Positions 10,752-20,835 are shown, counted from the first letter of the stretch. The stretch is DNA of 64,000 nt from an uncultured Verrucomicrobiae bacterium (GCA_963707025.1 CAVPOM010000014.1:261424-325423); one strand, 5' to 3'. A program made the numbers and translations. The notes: a model not told the origin generated them from the sequence alone.

Positions 10752-10850
10752 GTCTTTGGCGGATGGCGCGGCGGCGCCCGCGCCGGCCGGCGTTGTCAAC
10801 CATTATTACGGCGCCTCCCGCCGGGCTGGGCGCGGAGTCGGTTTGTTTGC
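10748..10850 (+). pseudogene. degenerate 5' remnant of an ABC permease (MacB/FtsX-type N-terminus)
   Basis: ATGA-coupled start MSLWRMARRRPRRPALSTIIT..AGLG resembles permease N-termini, then decays. Confidence 0.45.
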
Positions 10851-10886
10851 AGTATGGACAGCCGCGGGGGAGGGCCGCGCCGGAAA

Positions 10887-13607
10887 TCAATTGTGGCCCG
10901 GGGAGGCGGGCTGGAGGGGGAGTTCGAGGGTGAAGGCGGCGCCCCGGCCGGGCCCGTCGCTGTGGACCCGGAGTTCGCCGCCCAGTTGCTTGGCGGCCAG
11001 GGCGCCGCTGTGCAGGCCAAAGCCGTGGCCGTCCTTGCGGGTGGTGAAGCCGTGGGCGAAGATCCGGGTCAAGTTGCCGGGCGAGATGCCGATGCCGTTG
11101 TCAATAACGGAAATTTTCACGCGATAGTTGCCGTTGAGGCCCACGCGCAAGATGATCCGCTTGTGGGCGGGGCCGCCTTCCTCGCAGGCGTATTTGGCGT
11201 TGCCGATCAAATTGACGAGGATTTGCAAGACTTTGTGTCTGTCCACCTGGACGGCGGGCACCGGGGCATAATCGCGCACGACCTGGATGCCATGCCGCTC
11301 CAAGCCGCCCAGATTCATGCGCAAGGCATCCTCCACCAGCCTGTCCGGCGGCAACTCCTCCACCAGGCCGGCGACCCGGCCGTAATTTTGCTGCATGGCC
11401 ACAATTTCGTTGATGTGCTCGATGTTGCGGCTCAACAACTCCAGTTCCTCCAGCATGGCGGCGTGGTCGCTGGCGAGCAAATCGGAGATGGCGCCCAGAT
11501 AAGCCGGCAACTGTAGGCCTTTGGGATCGTGGGCGAGAAAGGCCGGCAAATCATGGGCGTGATCCTGGAGCAGCGCGGCCGCCTTGCCCAGGTTAGCCAC
11601 CTTGGAATTGCGGACCTTGTTCATGATCATGCTGGTGGAGATATTGACGCTGGTCAGGACGTTGCCGACGTTGTGCAGCACGCTGGTGGCCACTTCCGCC
11701 ATCCCGGCCAGGCGGGAACTGAGCACCAACTGTTTATGGACTTCCTCCAACTCGGCCTCGCTCTGCCGGCGCTGGGTAATATCGGCGAAGGTGGCGACAT
11801 ATCCGGCTATCTTCCCCAGACTGCCCAGGCGCGGCGAGGCCAGACAGTTGACCCAGCAGATTTGCCCGTCCGGGCGCAACAGGCGGAATTCCGCGGACCA
11901 GGCCTTCCCGGCCGCCGCCGCCTCCGACCAGGATCGTGCCACCCCGGCGCGGTCGTCGGGATGAACCGCCTTGCTCCAACCCCAACTCGCCGGCCCGGCC
12001 GCATCCCGGCCCGAAATTTCCGTCCCGCGCGGGTTCACGTAAGTGCAGACGCCGAGCGCATCCGTTTCGACCACCCCCACCGGCAGACAGGCGGCGAGCT
12101 TGCGAAAGCGTTCCTCGCTGCGCCCCAGTTCCTCGGTACGTTGGGCCACGCGGCGCTCCAGCCGGGCATTGGCGCGCTGCAACACCCCGACCCACCCCAA
12201 CGTCAGGGCGGCCCCCACCAGCAATGCGCCCAGCACCCAAAGAACGCGGGTGGGCGTCCACCAGGCGGCGCGTTCCAACAACACCAGGCCCCCGGCGGAG
12301 CGCAGGCGCAGTTCAAAGGAGCGCACGTCAAGATTTTGATCCACCTCGATCAAGCAGACGCCCGTGACCTGCAGGCGGCTGCCCGCGGGAAATTCCTCGA
12401 TGTTTCTGGCATTGTTCAGCCGCGCTTTGAAGATGACATTATTGGCGCCCCGCAACAAGAGGGTTCGCTCCGAAGGCCCATGCCGCCACTCCAGCACGAC
12501 CGCTGGAATGGTCACCAACTCCGCGTCAATGCGGCCGCTGGCAATCTCTTCCATCGTCACCGCCAGAGGAAGCGGGGCCGGGCCGGCGGCCAGACGGCGA
12601 AAACTCCCGTCCTCAATGACCAGGGCGTGGTCGGTTTTCTCATAAAAGCCGATGACGTCCACCTGGTCGCCCGGTTTGGCCCCGCCCATCTCCGAGGTGC
12701 GCACCTCGATGCTGTTGGTTCCCTGGCGCACGAACAAGGCCTCGCCCGGCAGCAGCAAGGTCGCCACACCCTGGATATGAATTTGCTCGCCCGCCCGTTT
12801 CTCCGCCCTATGACCCAAAGAAGCCAGGGGGGTAATGGGGAGCGAATAGGGATCTGACCGGGCCGCCGCCAGCATCGTGACCTGGTCAATGGAGGGCACG
12901 AGCAATTCAGCGGTGATAAATTGCTCTTTGCTGTTGAAGGATCCACAGGCTACGCCATGGATGCGGACCCGCGAGTTGACCCAGCCGGACGCAGCCAGTT
13001 TTGTGGGCGGGGAAACCGAGACTTTCAGTCTCTGCGCCCGGCCCATGGCGACCTCCAAAACCAGGAAATCATTGGTCATCATCGTGGCCGAACGAACCAA
13101 CCCATCCACCTCGACCCATTGGCAATCGGCCCGTCCGGCCCGCAAATCGGGGAAGGAAACCTTGAGCGGCTTGGGAAACTCGCCCGGCCCGATGTGGTGG
13201 AAAACCGGCTGGCTGATGGTGGGGGCGTAAACATTGGCATCCGCTTTCCCTTCCAGCTCCACCAATTGTCCGGCGGCGGCGGGAGGCAGGCGATTGGTCC
13301 AAAACACGGCCACGCCGGCGGTTTCATCCTGCACGAAGCCGTACCTGGCGCCCGGGTCCACGAACGTCATCACGCCGCGCAGCCTCACATGGTTGGACAG
13401 CGCCAGTTGATCCGCCGGCAGTTCCAGCACTTGGATGGCGTTGGTGAGAACGGGGCGGGCAATGGCAACCGGGGCGGGAGCGATGGCCGGGGTGTCGTCC
13501 GCGGCCGGGCACAAAGGGGCCGCCAACAACAACGCCGCGGCCAGCGAGGCCGCCTTCCGCCGGGAATGGGCGCCATTCTCCGTGTTCAGTTTTTTCGACA
13601 TGGACAT
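10887..13607 (-). CDS. membrane sensor histidine kinase with PAS domain
   Basis: signal peptide, repeated extracytoplasmic domains, TM, PAS (VHPDDR), H-box VLHNVGNVL, QILVNLIGNA, DNGIGI, GHGFGL. Confidence 0.93.
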   Translation of the reverse strand: MSMSKKLNTENGAHSRRKAASLAAALLLAAPLCPAADDTPAIAPAPVAIARPVLTNAIQVLELPADQLALSNHVRLRGVMTFVDPGARYGFVQDETAGVAVFWTNRLPPAAAGQLVELEGKADANVYAPTISQPVFHHIGPGEFPKPLKVSFPDLRAGRADCQWVEVDGLVRSATMMTNDFLVLEVAMGRAQRLKVSVSPPTKLAASGWVNSRVRIHGVACGSFNSKEQFITAELLVPSIDQVTMLAAARSDPYSLPITPLASLGHRAEKRAGEQIHIQGVATLLLPGEALFVRQGTNSIEVRTSEMGGAKPGDQVDVIGFYEKTDHALVIEDGSFRRLAAGPAPLPLAVTMEEIASGRIDAELVTIPAVVLEWRHGPSERTLLLRGANNVIFKARLNNARNIEEFPAGSRLQVTGVCLIEVDQNLDVRSFELRLRSAGGLVLLERAAWWTPTRVLWVLGALLVGAALTLGWVGVLQRANARLERRVAQRTEELGRSEERFRKLAACLPVGVVETDALGVCTYVNPRGTEISGRDAAGPASWGWSKAVHPDDRAGVARSWSEAAAAGKAWSAEFRLLRPDGQICWVNCLASPRLGSLGKIAGYVATFADITQRRQSEAELEEVHKQLVLSSRLAGMAEVATSVLHNVGNVLTSVNISTSMIMNKVRNSKVANLGKAAALLQDHAHDLPAFLAHDPKGLQLPAYLGAISDLLASDHAAMLEELELLSRNIEHINEIVAMQQNYGRVAGLVEELPPDRLVEDALRMNLGGLERHGIQVVRDYAPVPAVQVDRHKVLQILVNLIGNAKYACEEGGPAHKRIILRVGLNGNYRVKISVIDNGIGISPGNLTRIFAHGFTTRKDGHGFGLHSGALAAKQLGGELRVHSDGPGRGAAFTLELPLQPASPGHN

Positions 13608-13733
13608 GACGCAAAGCCAGAGAGTCAGTGACTCTATATCGGCAAAATGGCGGTGCGACTTGAGCCGGAAAGGGCACCCCCTCGGCAGGGTGAGACATCT
13701 CCAATCCCTGGGAGGACTTAACGTGCGGAGCGA

Positions 13734-14540
13734 TTAAAAGTCGGCCCGAACGTCTGCGACAATGGTGCTTTCGATGGGTGGAACCGGAGCGACATGGCCG
13801 TCGCCAAAGGTGGCATCGGATTTGCCGCCATGCCGGATGCTTAAATAATTGTTGTCGCCCCCTGCCGGGGTCAGCGGTTGAAAGCGGCCGCATTCCAGCA
13901 CCCAGGTGCTGCCCGCCGCGACTTCCAACGGCGGCTCGTCGCTGGGTTTGAGCAGCGCCACCGGTTCGGCCAGCATGATCTTGTTGGCCAGCGCCCGCAC
14001 CTGCGTCAGCTTGAATGGATACTGCACCCCGGCGTCCATAATCGTGGTAAAACCATGATTGATCCCATTGTCCACGTTGAAACTGGTGAATTCGTAACTG
14101 AAATAATAAACCGGCGTCCCATTGGCGATCCGGCTGCTGTCATTCAGATCCAGCGGACAGCGGAAGATATTGGTGCTCGCCCTGGTGCCCAGTTGCTGCA
14201 GCATCGGGCTGTCCGACAGACTGTGGATGGAGCCATCGGGAAAGGGGTAGGCGTTGGTCGGCACCCGCCAATAAATCCAATCGGACAGTTCCGGTCCATA
14301 GTCGTTGCGCGAGGCCGAGCCGGCGAAAAGTTGCCGGTTGTCATCAATATAAAAAAACATGCCCAGGCCAATTTGCTTCATGTTGCTTTTGCAGGAAGCC
14401 TGGGCGGCCGCCTGTTTGGCCCTGGCCAGCGCGGGCAGGAGCAGCGCCGCCAGAATGGCAATGATGGCGATGACCACCAGCAATTCGATCAGAGTGAACG
14501 CCCTGCTCCGTGCCGATGCAAAATGAGGCCGGTTTGTCAT
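13734..14540 (-). CDS. prepilin-type N-terminal cleavage/methylation protein with H-X9-DG motif
   Basis: [25 protein letters not shown], Cx[21 protein letters not shown]. Confidence 0.9.
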   Translation of the reverse strand: MTNRPHFASARSRAFTLIELLVVIAIIAILAALLLPALARAKQAAAQASCKSNMKQIGLGMFFYIDDNRQLFAGSASRNDYGPELSDWIYWRVPTNAYPFPDGSIHSLSDSPMLQQLGTRASTNIFRCPLDLNDSSRIANGTPVYYFSYEFTSFNVDNGINHGFTTIMDAGVQYPFKLTQVRALANKIMLAEPVALLKPSDEPPLEVAAGSTWVLECGRFQPLTPAGGDNNYLSIRHGGKSDATFGDGHVAPVPPIESTIVADVRADF

Positions 14541-14807
14541 GGGATTAAAGTGCCAGCTATGAACACTATAATACCGACCTTTCAATTTCTCACAAGTCAC
14601 CATAATTGGCGATGGGGAAAGCCTTGGAAGACCGCAGGAACAGGATGAAGCAAGGATTCAGCAAAGAAAACTCCCTTCTTGCGGCGTCTCAATCTTGGCG
14701 GGTCGCGCCAGCGCCGGGCGGGTGCTCCCCTGCCCTCCCGGCGCGACCGGAGTGGGCGTGCTGCCACCCTGGAATGAGGCGTGGCCTTGCAAATTTCCAT
14801 TACGCCC

Positions 14808-16736
14808 TCACTCCGCCGCCAGGGTCTTCTCGGCGGCTTGCTCCCATTGGCGGGAGAGAAGCTCGAGACGGGTGGAGTTATCCGACCACTCGCGGTTGAG
14901 GCTCATGGCCTGGCCCGGCTGCCGGTACACCTCGGGGGTTTCCAATGCGGCGGTCAATTCCTTTTGGCGGGTTTCCAGTTGGAAGATTTCCGCCTCCAAT
15001 TCGGCGACGCGCTCCTGCTGCGCCTTGCGCTGGCTGGAGCGGGCCTGCCGTTGTTCGGCTTGGATGCGCTTTTGCCCTTTGCGGCCGGCCTTGTCCGCCG
15101 GCGGCGCGGCCGCGGCTTTTTGCCCCGGCACGGCTCCGGCCGGCGGGGAGGCGGCGGCGGTTTTGTCCAAATAGTATTGATAGCCGCCGGGGAAATGGGT
15201 CAGCCGGCAGGCCTCGACGCGCACGACGTGGTTGCAGAGCTGGCGGATGAAATAAACGTCGTGGCTGATGAAGATGAGGGTGCCGGTGAACTGGCGCAAG
15301 GCGGCGAGCAGTGAGTCAATACTAGGAATGTCCAGGTGCGTCGTCGGCTCGTCCATCAGCAGCAGGTTGGGCGGATGGAGCAGCAGCTTGACCAGGGCCA
15401 GGCGGCTCTTTTCCCCGCCGCTCAGGACGGTCATCTTTTTGAAAACGTCGTCCCCGCGAAAGAGGAACGCGCCCAGCAGCGTGCGGATGGATTGTTCGGT
15501 GATGCGCTCGGGGGTGTCCAGCGCCTCTTCCAGCACGGTGCGGCCGGGCTGGAGCATGTCCACACGGTATTGGGAATAATAACCGGTTTTGGCATGGTGC
15601 CCCAGCTCGCGCAGGCCCTGCCGGGGATGGACCACCCCGGCCAGGATTTTCAGGAGGGTGGATTTGCCCGCCCCATTCGGGCCGACCAGCACGGTGCGCT
15701 GACCGCGTTCGGCCTGGAAATCCACGCCGCGGTAAATGACGTTTTGGCCGTAGGCGTGGTGAATGTCCTTGAGGGTAATGACCTTCAAACCGCTGCGCTG
15801 GGGTTGGGGAAAGCGGAAATGGATTTGCGGACCGGCGCTGGCGGGGGCCTCGATCTTTTCCATGCGCCCGACCTGTTTGAGCTTGCTCTGGGCCTGGGCG
15901 GCTTTGCTGGCCTTGGCGCGAAAACGCTCGACGAATTCCATGTGATGGGCGATTTCGCGCTGCTGGTTTTTGTAGGCGGCCAGCAACTGGATCTCGGCGG
16001 CCTGGCGCTGCACAAGGTAATCGTCATAGTTGCCGCGGTAGCGGATCAATTGGCGCTGGCGCAGTTCCCAGATCTGGTTGGTCAGTTGGTTGAGAAAAGC
16101 GCGGTCGTGGGAAATGAGGAGGATGGCGCCGGGATATTGGCGCAGGTAATCCTGGAACCATTGCAAGGATTCCAAATCGAGGTGGTTGGTCGGCTCGTCC
16201 AGCAGCAGCAAGTCCGGGGACTGGACCAGGAGGCGGGCCAGGTGGGCGCGCATGACCCAGCCACCGCTCATCTCGCGCAAGGGACGATGGAAATCCGGTT
16301 CGCGGAAACTCAAGCCGGCCAGGATTTGTTTGGCCCTGGGTTCGAGTTGATAGCCGCCCAATTGATCGTAGCGGGCGTGAATGTTGTCATGGTAATCAAT
16401 CTCATGGTGGGTGGCGGCCTCTTCCGACTCGGCGGCTTTGATCTTCTTCTGCAAGTCCGCAATTTCCGGATTGATGGCAACGGCCAGTTCCAACACGGTT
16501 CCATCCCCGGCGGGGGCGGTTTCCTGGGGCAAATGGCCGACGCTGGCATTTTTTTCCAGCGTGATGAAGCCGGCATCGGGGGACTCGGTTTGGAGAATCA
16601 TGGAGAAGAGGGTGGATTTGCCCGCGCCATTAGGCCCGACCAGGCCGATGCGGTCCTGGCGGCCGGCCTGGACGGAGACGTTCTCAAACAACGTCTGCGG
16701 TCCGTAAGATTTGGCAAGCTCTGAAATGGTCAGCAT
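14808..16736 (-). CDS. ABC-F family ATPase
   Basis: two GPNGAGKST cassettes, LDEPTNHLD, RGNYDDY linker, no TM. Confidence 0.93.
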   Translation of the reverse strand: MLTISELAKSYGPQTLFENVSVQAGRQDRIGLVGPNGAGKSTLFSMILQTESPDAGFITLEKNASVGHLPQETAPAGDGTVLELAVAINPEIADLQKKIKAAESEEAATHHEIDYHDNIHARYDQLGGYQLEPRAKQILAGLSFREPDFHRPLREMSGGWVMRAHLARLLVQSPDLLLLDEPTNHLDLESLQWFQDYLRQYPGAILLISHDRAFLNQLTNQIWELRQRQLIRYRGNYDDYLVQRQAAEIQLLAAYKNQQREIAHHMEFVERFRAKASKAAQAQSKLKQVGRMEKIEAPASAGPQIHFRFPQPQRSGLKVITLKDIHHAYGQNVIYRGVDFQAERGQRTVLVGPNGAGKSTLLKILAGVVHPRQGLRELGHHAKTGYYSQYRVDMLQPGRTVLEEALDTPERITEQSIRTLLGAFLFRGDDVFKKMTVLSGGEKSRLALVKLLLHPPNLLLMDEPTTHLDIPSIDSLLAALRQFTGTLIFISHDVYFIRQLCNHVVRVEACRLTHFPGGYQYYLDKTAAASPPAGAVPGQKAAAAPPADKAGRKGQKRIQAEQRQARSSQRKAQQERVAELEAEIFQLETRQKELTAALETPEVYRQPGQAMSLNREWSDNSTRLELLSRQWEQAAEKTLAAE

Positions 16737-16859
16737 GAGCGGCCCATTATAGCCCCGAAGGCAGGGCGAATGAAGTGCAAAATGCAGAAGGCGGAAAGCA
16801 CAATGGAGTGGTGGAGTTTTGGAGCGACGAACTGGCGGGGTAATGGGCATGCTTGTTCA

Positions 16860-16896
16860 AAAAAACACCTTGATTGGGCTTGATTGGGCCTAATCT
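16860..16896. repeat. dispersed TTGATTRGGC-repeat; unoccupied copy of the IME target site
   Basis: 32/37 identity to the reconstructed attB (46987-47021 + 63999-64000). Confidence 0.7.
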
Positions 16897-17617
16897 GGAA
16901 AACTCCTTTTTGAGCGCAAATGGTTCATGGAAAGGTACTTCCATTGATTTTCCGCAGAAATGCGCAAAAGGCCCGAGGCGGGTCCGAAACCAAAGGAATT
17001 CACCACGGATTTCGGGGATTTCACGGATAAGAAAGACCTTTCATCGCCAAGAGCCCAGGACGGCAAGACGCCGAGCCAGAAAAGACTCTTAGCGCCCTTG
17101 GCCTTTGCGTGAAAACAACACGGTGAGACACCATTGGGGGGGCCGTGGCGCATGGTTCCATCGTTGGTCATGGTTAAACAAGTGGTTTGACCGGTTTGAC
17201 CGGACGGAGACAACGGCAAAAGGCCGCCTGGGCGGAATCCTGGTCCCGTCGCCGTCCGCTGCCACTGTTGCCCTTCCCTGCTCACTATGCAAATTTTAGC
17301 ATGTAAATTCGGGCTGTCAAGGGATATATGCGGATTTTCGCAAGGCCCTGATCATCGCCCGCTGGCGCACTGATGCGGACTTGATTGAGGATAATGAGCT
17401 TTCCGCGGAACCAGGGCGCGGTGCAGGCACCGGCGACGTTGCAGCCGGCGCCCGGTACAGTTTCCTGAACATAGGCGGTTCCTGGTTCCACATTGCCGCG
17501 CGGTTCTCCATGCAATGGTAAATGCAAAAAGTCATGGGTGACAATTTTCCGTTTTCCAGGGCATCCTGTTTTGTTTCCTCAGTTGCCGCCGAGGCGATTC
17601 TCCTGTAGAAATTTCCC

Positions 17618-17818
17618 ATGCTTAAGGCCGCCAGCTTTGAATCATTCGAGAAGGAACTGTCGCGTCTGACCGGCATGTTCGAACGCAGTCTGGCCGAGCT
17701 TACAAGTTCCGGCTACGTGGAAGCGCAACTGCGCGACGATTTTCTGAACCCTTTCTTCCGCTCGCTGGGCTGGGATTTGGAGAATAGCGCCGGACTGATT
17801 CAAACCAAGCGTGAAGTT
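17618..17818 (+). pseudogene. 5' part of type IIG restriction-modification gene (IS-interrupted)
   Basis: YVEAQLRDDFLNPFFRSLGWD...REV; rejoins 20844 in frame once the IS is removed. Confidence 0.9.
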
Positions 17819-17935
17819 GGTAGTGGGCTACTTTGAATTCTGGCCCCGTTGACAGCCGAACGGAAGCCGTTTTGGATTTCCGAAAAAATCGGAAAAGCAT
17901 TGCCATTTTTGGGTTGGATGATGCACGCTTTGGTT

Positions 17936-18220
17936 ATGGAAATATTCAAAGTTGCTCACCTTCAGGAGCAGGGTCAGGACATGGTGATTGTTATTGTAGG
18001 CCCGGCTTTCGCGTCCATGTCATCCGCAGACCAAGATGATGGTCGGGATGTTTTACAGGTTTGTGCCGAAAGTGCCGGTCTTGCGGGTCTTGTTGTTCCC
18101 GTGTGGCGGGAGGGAAACCGGGCTAGGTTTGTCGCGCCACTTAATTGGCATCCCTTTTTTCAATCGCTTACGTGGGATGACATTATTCGCAATATAAATG
18201 GGGAGCTTCATTGCGGCTAA
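17936..18220 (+). CDS. IS passenger, hypothetical protein
   Basis: 94-aa ORF MEIFKVAHLQEQGQDMVIVIV...APLNWHPFFQSL, globular-looking. Confidence 0.7.
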   Translation: MEIFKVAHLQEQGQDMVIVIVGPAFASMSSADQDDGRDVLQVCAESAGLAGLVVPVWREGNRARFVAPLNWHPFFQSLTWDDIIRNINGELHCG

Positions 18221-18408
18221 TGCCGCGGAATTGGGGGTTGCAATATCCCCCAAAACCTTGGCTTTTTCCGCCTCTGACAGTTTGGGGATTTGCTGCTTTT
18301 TTTGTCTTTTCATAGTTTTGTTTTATGTTAAAATGGAGCCGTCTTAAAATTTAGCGTAGCGGTAAGGGTCGAGCGAAAACCTGACGACCCGGAACGGGAA
18401 AGGGCAAA

Positions 18409-18948
18409 ATGAAATGTTCCTGCATTCACTGCGAACAGCATTTGGAATTTTCCGAGGCTCAACTTGGCTTGGAAATTGAATGTCCGAATTGTGCCCAGAG
18501 AACCACCCTGTCGAGGCCACCGCGTCACGCGGGGGATCGTGGCAGTGTTGCCAGAGATCGGACTATAGAAGATGTAATTTTCCGTCGGTCGGGACTTGCA
18601 CCTCCTGCGCCCAGCCGGAGCGTGGAGGAGCAGAAGAGGGCGCCGCTCTGGTGGCTTGGGGGTGCTCCGCGTGATTCCCGCGAAGGCAGACTGTATCAGA
18701 GGATAGTGCTCTTGCTTGGGGGCGCGATGTTGATCGCCTACATGGTTTGGGGGATCGGACGTGACATCAAATATGGCCCGCTGCCGGATACGTCGTATGA
18801 TCCCACCGCCATGAGGGTTAGGGAGTTGGAAGGCAATTTACGGCATGGAGACATCGAAGTGAACGGCATGAGGACCGAAACCGATGAGGAAATCCACCGT
18901 CAGGCCGTGGAGTGGCAAAAGGAGGAGGCTCATGGTGTTCACCCATGA
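18409..18948 (+). CDS. IS passenger, Zn-ribbon + single-TM protein
   Basis: CSCIHC...ECPNC, TM IVLLLGGAMLIAYMVWG. Confidence 0.65.
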   Translation: MKCSCIHCEQHLEFSEAQLGLEIECPNCAQRTTLSRPPRHAGDRGSVARDRTIEDVIFRRSGLAPPAPSRSVEEQKRAPLWWLGGAPRDSREGRLYQRIVLLLGGAMLIAYMVWGIGRDIKYGPLPDTSYDPTAMRVRELEGNLRHGDIEVNGMRTETDEEIHRQAVEWQKEEAHGVHP

Positions 18949-19778
18949 TTCGTCATCAGCGCAACGATCTCCTCAATGTCCCAAACATGGTCCGCGATCT
19001 TCGCCTCCATCGCTGGCGTCACCCTCAGAGTTTGGTGAATACGGCAAAAGTTGTAGTGCATAAAGTGGAGCGCAACTTGATGCTTGTGGTTTTCGATTTT
19101 CTTCGAAAACGCATTCGTGAGTCGGGTGAACCGGCGGGCATTCATGCGGACGGTCAAGTTCTGGCGTTCGATATGGCTGGTGGAAACAAGGTGGGTTTCC
19201 GGCTGGCCGCTGATGCACTTTTTGCGCGCCCCAATGCAGACAGGCGGCGAATACCGGGCTTCCGTGACCGGGCCGTGTTCGTTGCCGTATAGTTTTATGA
19301 GTTGAGCGTAATCAATCTCTGACCCAAAAGCCCCCTCAACGGCTTCCACGTAACATTTCAGCCCGTCTGAGGTCAACTGGACACGGCTGGCCAGCCTTGG
19401 CGCGAGGTCGTTAATGAACTTGTAAGCGTCTGTGGCGTCCCGCTTTCCGACGTGGAAACAGGGGACTAATTTTGAGTCCGAAGCCAGCGCAATCCATGTC
19501 CATGTGTCGCCAATCCCCCCCACGCCTTTCAAATGTTCTGGCACGTTGGCTTGTTTGCACTTCGTAAACGTCCAGACCTCATCAACCTGCAAAACCTTGC
19601 AGGGCAGGTTCACCATGACCTTATCCATGTAATCCGCGCAAGCCTCACCACCGTCAATCAGCATCCGTTCAACGGTTTTCTTGGCCGCGCCGGTGAGCCT
19701 GGACGTTGCCCGCATGGAGCAACCCTCAACGAGATGGTGGAGGATTTTCGCCCTCTTGTCTGTTGCGAGAATGTTCAT
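18939..19778 (-). CDS. IS1-family DDE transposase (single ORF)
   Basis: HTH EGCSMRATSRLTG, LQVDEVWTF, LTSDG, TSHIERQNLTVR. Confidence 0.92.
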   Translation of the reverse strand: MNILATDKRAKILHHLVEGCSMRATSRLTGAAKKTVERMLIDGGEACADYMDKVMVNLPCKVLQVDEVWTFTKCKQANVPEHLKGVGGIGDTWTWIALASDSKLVPCFHVGKRDATDAYKFINDLAPRLASRVQLTSDGLKCYVEAVEGAFGSEIDYAQLIKLYGNEHGPVTEARYSPPVCIGARKKCISGQPETHLVSTSHIERQNLTVRMNARRFTRLTNAFSKKIENHKHQVALHFMHYNFCRIHQTLRVTPAMEAKIADHVWDIEEIVALMTNHG

Positions 19779-19854
19779 ATTTTATATTCGTTGACGGAGT
19801 GAGCGGGAAATCATTTGACCTCCGCCAAAACCTGTGGCACCTTCAAGGCGTAAA

Positions 19855-19924
19855 TGGTGGATATGGCGGGATTCAAACCCGCGCCGACGAATTCTACTTG
19901 TCGCGGCCCTTCACAGGCATACCC
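19855..19924 (-). ncRNA. tRNA-like (Ala/tmRNA-TLD-like) mini structure
   Basis: GGGTATG...GCGGG-TTTGAAT-CCCGC-CATATCC-A-CCA: 7-bp acceptor stem with G3:U70, T-arm, encoded CCA; no canonical D stem or anticodon arm. Confidence 0.55.
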
Positions 19925-20119
19925 CATCGCTTACGCCTACGGCGGTCAGGTTCTCTGTCACGAGATTATCACCTGACCGCCGTTGCCCATTTATGTCGGC
20001 CCTCCACGCACGGCGTTTCTAGTTTGCGCAAGGGCTATCGGTTTAGCCTCACATGTTGAGTTTCGCATAGTTTGGATTTTATGTCAACCCAACATGTTAA
20101 TAATCAAACACTTGCACAA

Positions 20120-20210
20120 TGCGTGACGCATATTGTTTTCTGCGTGATGCAAGTAACTTCCTGCGTGGTGCAGATTATTTCCTGCGTGGTGCAGGTTTTC
20201 TGGTGCGTAG
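20120..20210. repeat. 21-bp tandem repeat x4 (TGCGTG(A/G)(C/T)GCA core)
   Basis: units start at 20120, 20141, 20162, 20183, with a partial unit at 20204. Confidence 0.75.
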
Positions 20211-20618
20211 AGTAGATTTAACTTTTTTTGAAGATTTTTTTCGTGAGCGCCGTTTTTTCTCTCGATTTTCGCGGGCTTGCTCTGTCCAGCTTGCAGAAGC
20301 TAATTTCCGCATCCGAATCCGAATGTTCTCGCGCTTCCAATTGGGCAGGGACATTCCAATCCAGAGGCGTGTGTGATACGCGGTATTCTCGTTGAATAAA
20401 ATTCTGGAATGCGCCTCATATGCGATCTCAATCCAATCCGACGAGGCATCACAAATTACGTCGGGTATTTTACCTTGGTAATCCCTTAAAAACATCCGAT
20501 AGAACTTCGGGCGATCCTCTAGCCGCGTGGTTGGCATCGCATAAACAAGGAGGGCCTTAAAATCAATTGGCCAGACTGCTTTTTTGGGGCGGCCCACGCC
20601 ATGATTCAACCCCATCAA
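20175..20618 (-). CDS. IS passenger, hypothetical protein with basic C-terminus
   Basis: 147-aa ORF co-oriented with the transposase. Confidence 0.5.
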   Translation of the reverse strand: MMGLNHGVGRPKKAVWPIDFKALLVYAMPTTRLEDRPKFYRMFLRDYQGKIPDVICDASSDWIEIAYEAHSRILFNENTAYHTRLWIGMSLPNWKRENIRIRMRKLASASWTEQARENREKKRRSRKKSSKKVKSTLRTRKPAPRRK

Positions 20619-20641
20619 AGCCCGCGAGGAAAGCTCGAAAG

Positions 20642-20773
20642 TCAGCCCTTTTTCTTGGGCTTTTTGATTGGCGGGGCGATGATGGGCTTATTGCTGATGG
20701 CGATCACCTCCTGCATTACGGAGTACGCGACCTGGTTGGAGTCGCCTTTGCGCTTTTTGGCTGGTTTCATCAT
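20642..20773 (-). CDS. 43-aa basic peptide inside the IS end
   Basis: hand-translated MMKPAKKRKGDSNQVAYSVMQEVIAISNKPIIAPPIKKPKKKG; below the ORF-track cutoff. Confidence 0.55.
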   Translation of the reverse strand: MMKPAKKRKGDSNQVAYSVMQEVIAISNKPIIAPPIKKPKKKG

Positions 20774-20835
20774 CCCGGCAGATTATCATGGAGGGGATGA
20801 CGGATGGAAATCTTATTTCAAAGTAGCCCACTACC

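Larger units (their letters stand above)
17819..20835. mobile_element. IS1-family element with passenger genes, 3017 bp
   Basis: perfect 19-bp TIR GGTAGTGGGCTACTTTGAA (17819-17837; 20817-20835); TSD GTGAAGTT (17811-17818; 20836-20843); transposase inside. Confidence 0.95.

Noticed and set aside
17317..17676. 119-aa minus-strand ORF
   Set aside because: No motif and overlaps the R-M start
18053..18313. basic 86-aa minus-strand ORF in the IS
   Set aside because: Overlaps the better-looking 17936-18220 gene by 168 bp; cannot be supported
19855..19924. canonical tRNA or tmRNA gene
   Set aside because: No D stem or anticodon arm, TTTGAAT T-loop, no tag ORF; kept only as tRNA-like
20120..20210. 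possible mini-CRISPR
   Set aside because: 21-bp period is too short for repeat plus spacer; no cas genes in the window
20601..20835. native N-terminus of the 1011-aa R-M ORF
   Set aside because: IS-derived; the true N-terminus is 17618-17818
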